This document shows, piece after piece, positions 53,700 to 64,000 of a DNA stretch of 64,000 nt (within the stretch, counting starts at the first letter, position 1; every line of letters begins with the position of its first letter). Location: NCBI GenBank assembly GCA_964016885.1, contig OZ024762.1, positions 27,962,001-28,026,000 of the forward strand. Direction: 5' to 3'. The notes beneath the pieces were generated by a model, which had not been told where the DNA came from, did no database searches, and saw nothing but the letters and a program-made list of their open reading frames with translations. A program made the position numbers and the translations under genes. Origin of the DNA: Eledone cirrhosa (lineage: Eukaryota).

Positions 53700-56514
53700 A
53701 TACCCATCCAGGGTAAAAAGGATTACATTCTTGGTATGATACAAAGGACCAACGAATTTATTCGGCGGATTAGATGGAAGGCCTTCCACTTCGATCGGAA
53801 AAGGATTACACAAACTTCGGACACCAACAACGAGAAGTTTGGTTTCAAATCCTACAAAAACCCACCCTCTAACCCTCTTTTGGATTCTTTCGAACAGGAC
53901 TTAATGAAAATGATAACCGGAATCAAATTTACAAACGGAAGGAAAAACGAACTGCAACGAGATATTAAAACTCTACTCAACAACCTAAGGAATACCAAAG
54001 GAATTATCATAAAGGCAGACAAAACTTCGAATCTATACACCCTGGATGTAGAAGCATATAACAATTTTATACGTAAGGAATTACATAGGAAATACAAAAA
54101 AACAAACGCAACTACACTAACCAACATTAATAACGCAGCATGTGATATTGTTAGGAAACTGAAAATTGACGACAGAACGGTACCCCTATCCCCAGCTACA
54201 CCGACTTTTAATCTGAAGGACCATAAGGATAACTTCGATACTAACCCTAAAATTAGATTAATATGTCCTTCAAAGTCCGATATAGGTAAGATTAGTAAGT
54301 ACATATTAGATCGTATTATCCCCCAAGTTAAGGCTAAGGTAGATATTAAATTATGGGGTAATACTCATCAGGCAATAAGATGGTTCAATAACATTAGGGA
54401 CAAAAACAAATCTTCTTTTATTCAATTCGATATAGATGAATACTATTCCTCTATTTCACCCGAAACCCTGCATAAGGCCCTCTCTTTCGCTAAGACTAAC
54501 TCGGACCTCACAAACGAGGAAATTAATATTATACTTGAAGCTAGACGCACAGTAGTGCACTTTGAAAATAGTTATTGGGTCCGCAGGGATAGACCCTCGG
54601 AATTCGACATTACGATGGGTTCTAATGAATCGGCGGAGGTCACGGATTTGGTTGGGATCTATATAGCCCATAGACTCCAGAGCGAATTTACGGACCTCCA
54701 CGGCGGAATATACCGTGACGATACACTTCTATTAGTCAAGAATATGAACAAACAAAACCTAGAAAGGCGACGTAAAAACATTAGGAAACTTTTCTTAGAA
54801 CTAGGGCTTAATATTACCTTTGAACACAATCTTAAGGTGGTCAACTTCTTGGATGTTACCTTCAACCTTAATAACGGTAATATAGAGCCATTTCACAAAC
54901 TTAATGAAAATCTTAAGTACGTTAATGTAAAATCGAACCATCCTCATTCCATTATTAAATCTATCCCTAAAAATATATCCATAAGGATCTCCCGACTGTC
55001 GTCTAATTTGCAGACCTTCAACGAGCATGCTGAATATTATAATGACGCACTTAGAAAAGCTGGTTACTGCGAGAAAATTGAATATCTAGACGATAACCAC
55101 ATAAGTACTATGAATAAAACACATCTAAGTCGAACTAGTATTGCACCACACACACACATCAATAGGCATACTAACAGGTGCAAACCAGCAAATAGAGTCA
55201 GACGTAGAGAGTACATATGGTATAACCCCGTGTACAATTCTTCTATTAGCACTAAGATTATCTCACAATTCTATACACTAATCAATAAACACTTTACAAC
55301 TCCACATAAATACTATAAAATCTTTAACTCGCGCACCATTAGACTATCATACTCCACTGCACCTAACATAGAACAACTAATTAGAAAACTCAACTCAGCA
55401 ATACTGAATAAGTACATCCCTAATGACTCAGCGCACCAGCATAGCAACATGCAACGCACTAACACGCAACCACAACCCCACCAAACTATCCAGGATTCTA
55501 CTGCAAAACATAAAAATAGTTGTAACTGCACCAAACCAGGTACGTGCCCACTGAATAACCAGTGCCTAGCACGCAATATTGTCTACCGGTGTACAATAAA
55601 TTCCGGGACCAACAAATGGTATTACGTCGGATGTACCGCAACTTCTTTCAAGGCTCGCCTATACCAACATCGATCTTCGATCAGGCACGAGAAAATGCGC
55701 TCCGTAACAACCCTCGCCGATAAAGCCTGGCAGCTTCGGAGGAGCAATCAAGCGTTCTCCCTTGATTGGCAAATTATTGCAGCTGCGCCTGCATATCAGC
55801 AAAATCATCGATTCTGCAAGTTATGCAATTTAGAGATATACTGCATTTTAACGTCGGTAAACAAACTTTTGAACAGCAAAATTGAACGTTCTCTATACTG
55901 TAACCATCGTTTGAAAACGACTTTTTCTTTTTTTAAATGCGTATAATGTTACCTTTTTACACCAACGTTTGCAAATTTCTGTCTTATATGTTTATACACT
56001 AGATATGGCTTTCTATAATAATAGTACTAAACACTGTTTTTCTGGACCCCTTTAGAAATAACCTGCTACTATAATAGCCCTAATAACTTGTCTGTGACAT
56101 TGTACCACTTTGACCCCTCTAACTAAATTTTGTCCGAACAACACCACTAGAAGTATCTACTTCCCAGCCAACCTTAGCACGCCTCATTAAGCTAACTGCT
56201 GCCAAAACATTCTCTCTTCACAATCTCTACTAGTCTGACAGTCTTAAACCCTAAGACGCCCTCCACCTTACTCACTTCCCTCTTCCCCTTCTCTTCCTAC
56301 CTCCTTCTTTATCTTTTATCTAGTGTATAAAATATTTTCATATCATTCTAATACAAAGGTCTGATGACATGGTGTGTTGGCTTACAGTGTACTTTCGGTT
56401 TTTGATAATATTTGTGTATTATTCAAATAGCGGGGTATAGGTAACTCATACACTATAGAAACAACTGTTACCTAATAAATTCTATATACCCGCATTTCCA
56501 TTTCGTAAATTTTT

Positions 56515-56520
<6 letters not shown>
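53700..56520 (+). mobile_element. Penelope-like element (probably Hydra-clade) with an uninterrupted ~748-codon RT + GIY-YIG frame (53700-55946) and an HHR-bearing 3' region
   Basis: Same motif series as 50825-52969, with no stop from IPIQGKK to the end; bounded by (TA)n on both sides. Confidence 0.92.
56357..56473 (+). ncRNA. Type I hammerhead with long stem II at the PLE 3' end
   Basis: AGGT-CTGATGA-CATGGTGTGT...70 nt...ATACACTATA-GAAA-CAACTG-TT-ACCT, then AATAAA. Confidence 0.72.
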
Positions 56521-56554
<34 letters not shown>

Positions 56555-57084
56555 GACAGGAGTATGTATGTATATATGTGTGTGTCTATACGTGTGTATA
56601 TAAAGATAAGTTGAGTATGAAAATGTATACACATGAATGCGTATGTATGTACATATATATATGTATATATATGTATATATATATATGTGCATGTGTATAT
56701 GTATGTAAGTATGAGCATGTAAGTATGTGTATGTGAGTATATGTATTTTGTAGAGGTGTGCATATATGTTTGTGTGTGAATGCGTGGGCGAAAGGATACG
56801 TACACTTGAAAGAAAAATTTAAGTCTGAACGTTAATTAAGTGCAAACACAAAACCAACCATGCATATCTATACTATCTCTAATCCTTCTATAGATTTAAA
56901 AAAATAACCAACGCCAAATAATATATTCTATAAAAATGTCAAAACAACAGATGGGAATCTAATTACTCACTGCCACCAAAAATTCTCACTACTATCAAAA
57001 AACCACTCCCTTAACTATTCTTCTAACAACTTCACCCCTCCCTCCTAATATTCTCTATAAAAACCAAACAGGTTCTCAATAAAA

Positions 57085-57205
57085 TTATTCTGATGAAATG
57101 ACAGTTGATAATAACATTGAAATATTGAATGTCTGCATAACTAATACTTTGTAGATAGCAGCTGTTTTCAGGTTATGTAACTGTTATTGAAACACGTGTC
57201 AATAA
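57085..57205 (+). ncRNA. Type I hammerhead with intact core, 10-bp stem II plus 72-nt insertion, palindromic stem III and GUC site
   Basis: TTATT-CTGATGA-AATGACAGTT...AACTGTTATT-GAAA-CACGTG-TC-AATAA. Confidence 0.82.
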
Positions 57206-57239
57206 ATTCCTTTTAACTAAACTGTATCCATTTAAATCC

Positions 57240-57313
<74 letters not shown>

Positions 57314-58299
57314 ATCATTTTATTTAACTATCTAGCTATCTATCAGATAGGGTGTGGTAAAAAATACCAGGCGGACCATAACCCACCAGAGTACTCGATA
57401 CTTGTGGTAGTAGAGTGGGTAATAGGAAAAGATTCAGGACCCCGACGGCTGAGCTCCGGCCGTTTCGACAGCTAAATCCGAACTAATTCGGATCCAACTT
57501 TCAAAACAGTCAGAGTTCAGCCGTCGGGGTCCTGTATCTTTTCATATCTATCTATGGATTCTATTTTTATTTGTTTATTTAAAATGGTGGGGGTTTGGGG
57601 AGATTTAGCTGTTGTTTTTAGCATATAGGTAGGCATCTCGGCACCATCATTTACAGAAACAGTAACTCCACTCACAACTATAGAGTTATCTCCCTTATAA
57701 CATACATTACGTTTTCCATTTAATATTTAACAAAGAATTGTTCTGGCTATCGATAGAGCAGACGTAGTATTAAAGACGTTCCCGCTATGACCACACCATC
57801 GTTTTTATAATAATTGTTTCTACTTTAGACACAAGGCCAACAATTTTGGGGGGAAGGGAAAGTCGATAAAATCAACGCCAGTGCGTTACTGGTGCTTTAT
57901 TTATCGACCCGGTAAGAATGAAAGGCAAAGTTAACCTCGGTGGAATTTGAAATCAGAACGTAAAGGGTCGTAACTCTATGCTGCAAAGCTTGGCGTCCGA
58001 CCCTCTAGCAATACTGCCAATCTACCATCCTTTAATAATAAAGGTTTCTGATGTAGGCACAAAGCCAACAAACTTGGGGAGAGGAAACTCAATTAGATTG
58101 ACCCCAGTACATTACTGGTTCTTTCTTTTATCGACCCCCGTAATTTGCAGTTGATTAAATAAGATTACAAATTGTTCACAATTCTTTCACAATGGAAATA
58201 TAAACACATATAATAAATATAATTATTGCTTGGAACCTCACAAATATAACACAACAATATGGCCAGAGCGAGAGAAAGAAAAAAGGGTGGGGAAAGAAG

Positions 58300-59110
58300 A
58301 AGAAAAACGACCATCAATTCACCACCAAGTGCGACAATCGACTGCACACCACATCACAAGGGTCAACGCAAATGTTTAAGGTAAGACAATACGTCCGCAA
58401 CGTTACCACGGGTGATGGTAAGGCTAAGGCGCTGAAACAACTAGGCACCCTCACCAGGAGCATAACCTGACACTTTGGTATGGCCAGGTGCTGGCGAGGC
58501 TAAGGCGCTGAAACAACTAGGCACCCTCACCAGGAGCATAACCTGACACTTTGGTATGGCCAGGTGCTGGCGAGGCTAAGGCGCTGAAACAACTAGGCAC
58601 CCTCATCACAATCATCACCTGAAACCTCGGTAAAGCCGGATGATGATCAGGCTAAGGCGCTGAAAAAACCAAGCACACTCAGAGACATCACCTGATGATT
58701 CGGTAGGACCGTGTGATGGCGAGGCTAAGGTGCTAATATGGGAGTCACTGCTTCCGTTGCCGAACAGAATAAAATCTGGAAATACCTGGAACTACCAAAC
58801 AATTATTTTTTCTAGCCTGTGGCGTTCGAGACGTTTGGTGGAGTTAGGCCGCTGACAGTGAAGTTTTCGTCATCGTTGGTGGCTCGCCTTACTTGAGGTG
58901 TCAGATGATGTCCGTGTGGGTGCCTGATTGTTTCAGCGCCTTAGCCTTCCCACACCCGGCCTTACCGAGATGTAAGGTGATGCCTGTGAGAGCAATGCTG
59001 CGAGCGTTTTGGCTTGCCTCAGTGAACCCTTATGATGTGATGTGGCGGATTGTCGCACTTGGTGGTCAATTGATGGTCGATTTTGTTTTTACCCCCACCT
59101 TTTTCTTCTT
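58300..59110. repeat. Unclassified repeat family with internal ~74-bp tandem units; direct copy 58300-58735, inverted copy 58895-59110 (related at 45475-45730 and 47010-47100)
   Basis: ACCAAGTGCGACAATCG and GGCTAAGGCGCTGAAACAA.CA.GCACCCTCA recur. Confidence 0.75.
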
Positions 59111-59156
59111 CTCTCTTTTATGTGTTTATATTTGTGTTGATCAACGACATTATATT

Positions 59157-60125
59157 TGGTGGATTGGCAGTATCGGTAGAGGGTCGGACGCCATGCTTTA
59201 CAGCATAAAGTTACGGCCCTTGTCATTCTGAGTTCAAATCCCGCCGTGGTTAACTTCGCCTTTCATCCTTACGGGGTCGATAAAATAAAGTACCAGTAAT
59301 ACAGTGGTGTAATTGCTGGCCTTGTGCCAAAAGTAGAAACAATTATATTTGTAATGTTCTTCTGAACGAACTTATTTACGCACTTGTAATGTTATTTATG
59401 TATATGTGGCTGGCCATTGTCCGCGGGAATTCTTTTGCGGTCCTGTCTGTGACTTTATGCCACGAAACATAGTAGCCAACGCTCTGCCAATAACCGCCCC
59501 GGGATGGTAATAATTGTTTCTACAAGGCCAGCAATTTTTTGAGGGGAAAGAACGTTACTGGTACTTTATTTTATCGACCCTGTAAGGATGAAAGGCAAAG
59601 TTAACCTCGACAGGATTTGAACTCAGAACGTAAAGGGCCGCAACTCTAAGCCCCGAGGCATGGTCTCTGACGCTCTACTGATACTGCCAATCCACCGCTG
59701 ATTTAATGGTTTCTACTTTAGGCACAAGGCCATCAATTTTGGGGAAGGGGAAAGTCGATTAAATCGACCCCAGTGCGTGACTGGTACTTTATTTTATCGA
59801 CCCTATAAGGCAAAGCTAACCTCGGCGGGATTTGAACTCAGAACGTAAAGGAACATAACTCTATGCCACGGAGCATGGTGCCCGACGCTTTATTGATTCT
59901 GCCAAGCCACCGCCCTAATTGGGATAATAATAATTATTTCTACTTTTGGACTAAGGCGAGCAATTACACCAGTGCATTACTGGTATTTTATTTTATCGAC
60001 TCCGTAAGGATGAAAGGTAAAGTTAACCTCGGTGGGATTTGAACTCAGAATATAAAGGGCCATAACTCTATGCTGCAAAGGATGGTGTCTGACTGACGTT
60101 CTACCGATACTGCCAATCCACCACC
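59157..60125. mobile_element. Cluster of SINE family A: one + copy (59157-59342) and three tandem - copies (59512-60125)
   Basis: A-box and B-box heads plus the conserved GTCGATAAAATAAAGTACCAG body. Confidence 0.8.
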
Positions 60126-60274
60126 CTCAATTGGGATGATAGCAATAACAACCGGTTGATAACATTAGCAGTGATTATAATAAGCGGCTTTCACTGTAAC
60201 AGGAAATTCGGTCTTTACAAGAGAGAAAAGATAAAAATAGAAATTCACTCTCTCTCTCTGCTTCTCCCCCACAG

Positions 60275-60321
60275 GTATCGCTCGTGGGACGGAGCTCGCA
60301 AAGCGTCTATCGGTCGCCAAG
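60275..60321 (+). CDS. Candidate 47-bp exon of an unidentified gene
   Basis: CTCTCTCTCTCTGCTTCTCCCCCACAG| acceptor and AAG|GTAACA donor; CpG-rich, no stop in any + frame (e.g. IARGTELAKRLSVAK). Confidence 0.4.
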
Positions 60322-61245
60322 GTAACAAACAACAAACTGGCTCTTCTTCTCGTTGTTGTTGTAACAGCGAACAACAACAAAAATATTAATAATTAATGAT
60401 TAATAATTATAATAATTTTATAATTAACAAAAAATTAAAAAAAAAAAAAATTAAATTAAAAATTAAAAAAAAAAAATTAAATTGTTGCGAAACGATGACG
60501 AGAGGACGAGATGAGATGTTGCGAGACGTGGAAATGGAAATGTGAGGAAGGGAAGAGGAGGGGCACGTACTGTGTGCGCAGACTCATTGAGCTGCAGCTG
60601 CTGTTATGGCAGTTTGTTGTGTTGGCGGCGAATACTCGCCTCACCTCTGTCATTACTACTACTATTATTACTGCTTGGCATTTGTATATATGAATGTATA
60701 TCTTATACACTCACGATTTCAATGTTCTTCAAATACATTCCTTTGTTAGCTGAGGCGATTCTAAGAAAGAAGAAAAAGAAAAAATTTAAAAAAGAAAGGC
60801 AAAAATTACCCCCCCGAACACATACACAAATTATTAGCGAACTTTTTTTCTGCATAAAGTACACACCCCGCTAAAAAAAGTACCCTTAATATCTTGTTCT
60901 TCAAATACAAACCCCTTACTACAAGGACTGAAACCAATCCTAGTCTCTCGATATTCCTTCTTCAAATTCTCTTCCTCGTTTCCTCTGTCTTCAAGAATCC
61001 TGAAAGGTATTATCATCATTATAATTATTACCATTATTATTGTTGTTATTGCTGTGTACATACATTTTTGCTTTGAATCATCCCCTGAAGTATTTCATTT
61101 ATATTTATAATTTCTAATATTGTTATTATTATTAACGACTTGGTTAATTTTTGGTCTTTCTTAGGCCATCATGGTCTACTTAAGTTGCTTTCGTTTTTTA
61201 TTTCATCTGATTAATCGTATGTGGTGAGACCTTTCTATATACACT

Positions 61246-61308
<63 letters not shown>

Positions 61309-61505
61309 TATACATTGCCAACCTCTAAAACCCAAACGGAGTACCATGAAAAAAGTGATGTCAAAACGGGAAGAAATGAGGCAAAATAGGGAGTTTTACA
61401 TAATGAAAGTTATAGCCATTTTCAAAAGAGATGACATCTCTCACGCATCCCAAAGTGGGTGGGTGGGAGATCTCCCCGTCGGATGGAGAGAGTCGACAGG
61501 TCTGC

Positions 61506-61543
<38 letters not shown>

Positions 61544-61943
61544 AATGATATTATACTCCAGAAAACATGTCAAGTGTTTCGAATCTGTTATAAATATATA
61601 TATTTGTTGAATTACCAACAAATTAAATATCACACACACACACACACACATTGGGGGCGGGTTCTGTTAGGTTACAAAACAAGCATTTCGAGTCTTGAGG
61701 TTTATGTTACAAACAAGTACTGGTTTCCAATTAGTCGAGTGTAAACCCACCTCTAAATTTTAAGTCCTTGTGCTTTTGTTTTTAAATGTTGGTTGTTGTT
61801 GTTGAATGACAACCCTTACCCCCACCTCTGCATCACCTCCACCACATTGAAGCTATATTAGTCAAACAAGACCACAATGATAACGTCAAGAACATTTACC
61901 ACGCTAATATAATTAACCAGTTCTTCCTCATTAAGCACAGGGA

Positions 61944-61990
<47 letters not shown>

Positions 61991-62137
61991 GACCTTGCCA
62001 ACCTCTAAAAACCCAAACGGGGAGTACCTGGAAAAAAAGAGTGCCCGCTAACTGGGAGAAATGAGGCAAAATGGGGAGATTTTACATAATGAATGCTACA
62101 CCCATTTTCACAAGAGAAGACATCTCTCAGCCACCCC

Positions 62138-62200
<63 letters not shown>

Positions 62201-62595
62201 AAAGTATAATATTAGAAGGGGTACTCTATTGTTGTGTGTGTACCCTTAAAAACAGGTAGAATTTAACAGAAATAAGCTAGAAGTGAAAGGGGCGGGGGAG
62301 AGAGAATCGAAAATTAGGTTGGGGGTGGGTTGGGTGGTGGTGGAGTACTCGCTTCCTTGTTGCAGCGTGTCTTTTTTTCAGCATCTAGTCAGTCTTCCAT
62401 ACATACCAAATGTACGTGTGTATACATATATATATATATAGTTATATATATAGTTTATATATTAGGAGATTACCCAACAACAAAAGCAGTAGACGACTCA
62501 CAGACAGACACCGACCGAGAGTTCTATCAACACTCTACACACCTTGCCTCCTCGCCGTATATAAACCACACGTTTCTTTTCTCTGACACTAGTTG

Positions 62596-62634
<39 letters not shown>

Positions 62635-63466
62635 CGCACACGTACATACATGAAAAGAAAGCGTAGTTCTTGCAATCCTTCTGGGAAATTGGAAAATATT
62701 TGAAAATATTTTACTACATTCTCACCCACTAGAACCTTACTTAACATCGTAATAAAATCCCCCCCGCCACCCTAAAAAAAAATTCCAAACACAGCCTTTA
62801 AAAATACGAATAAACCTCATAAAAGATCAAAGACCAGTTCACCGCCAAAGAAACGAAGAATTTGTCCAGATGTAACATCATCATCGTTTAACGTCCATCT
62901 TCCATGCTTGCATGGGTTTGGATGGGAATTTTCCCACTTGAGGCAAGATTGGTTGTCTTGCTCGTATATGACTGTCTGGTGGGTTTTCTACGGCTGGATG
63001 CCCTTCCTAACAGCAACCACGTTTACAGTGTGGACTGGGAGGTTTTTACCGTGTTACCTACAAGGCCACATTACAGCGTGGACTGTGTTTTTAGGTCGCG
63101 ACACCTACACGACCTATATAATGAGGTATTTTTATTTTTTTAAAATATATTATTTCTGATAAAATGGGAACACACCCTCATTTAATTTTCTAAAGAAACA
63201 TAAATTGTGTGTGTGACGTTTCTCATAACAGGGCAACTGGTCTAACCCATGCTATAGTGTAAAAATGGACGTTGAATGGTGGTGATGATATATATAATGA
63301 AAAGATTCAGGACTCCGACGGCTGGATTCGGATCTAGCTGTCGAAATGGACGGAGCTCAGCCGTCGGAGTCCTGAATATTTTCATATTGTCCACTCTACT
63401 ACCCTAAGTATTGAGTACTCAGGTGCTAACGCCCTCTGGTGATGTCCAGCAGAAGCAAGGGGGACA

Positions 63467-63510
63467 ACCGTCTATGCATTTCAGGCTTAACTGGCCTTCG
63501 TCAGGACGGT
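63467..63510 (-). ncRNA. Canonical minimal type I hammerhead ribozyme
   Basis: Minus strand: ACCGTC-CTGACGA-AGGC(CAGTTAA)GCCT-GAAA-TGCA-TA-GACGGT; stem I extends further (GGGAC, GCAAG and CAGCAG pairings). Confidence 0.88.
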
Positions 63511-64000
63511 CCCTCCCACCGCTTGCGACTGCTGAACTAAAAGACAGGCGAGAATATATACTTTTCTCGTTTGTGTAAATGAGGTGATTAATCTCATTTG
63601 CATATGAAGCCGCATAAGTTGGCTCAACTTATAATAAAAAAGAAATAGGATTTCGCTTCAATCATAGCTTTATAGAATATGTATAAATATTTCATATCTC
63701 CAAAGATTTCTTTGGAGATACAAAATATTTACACATATTGTATAAAGCATATATCATCATCATCATCGTTTAACGTCCATTTTCCATGCTAGCATGGGTC
63801 TGGACGGGAATTGTCCCACTTGAGGCAAGATTGGTTGTCTTGCTCAGGACTGTCTGGCAGGTTTTCTATGGCTGGATGCCCTTCCTAACACCAACCACGT
63901 TTACAGTGTGAACTGGGAGGTTTTTACCGTGTTACCTACACAGCCACATTACAGCGTGGACCGTGTTTTTTTGTTGTGACACCTACACAACCTCATTTAT

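Noticed and set aside
61315-62140. Two ~130 bp similar segments starting TTGCCAACCTCTAAAA
   Set aside because: Probably truncated copies of an ordinary DNA-transposon-derived repeat; the ends cannot be defined.

Overview
AT-rich, microsatellite-dense animal genomic DNA. The repeat content looks like a coleoid cephalopod (octopus-like), but that is inference. There is one recognisable host gene: a SETMAR-type pre-SET/SET/post-SET methyltransferase exon at 21783-22769, with no mariner fusion and an in-frame Ser/Thr microsatellite insert. A few candidate orphan exons are also present. Most of the window is mobile or repetitive: three Penelope-like retroelements (PLEs; RT + C-terminal GIY-YIG; one with a ~1.75 kb inverted arm, two related copies in tandem), RTE-type LINE fragments (one 5'-inverted), two tRNA-derived SINE families, a Chapaev3-type DNA transposon with TTA TSD, non-autonomous Helitrons, MITEs, a 14 kb 25-bp satellite and a 31-bp minisatellite. 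The most notable unannotated signal is about a dozen type I hammerhead-ribozyme (HHR) motifs read by eye. They have palindromic stem III, several have very long stem II insertions, and most lie in short, mutually dissimilar islands within or beside (TA)n tracts, often preceded by fold-back palindromes. All coordinates and alignments were made by eye; no searches were run.
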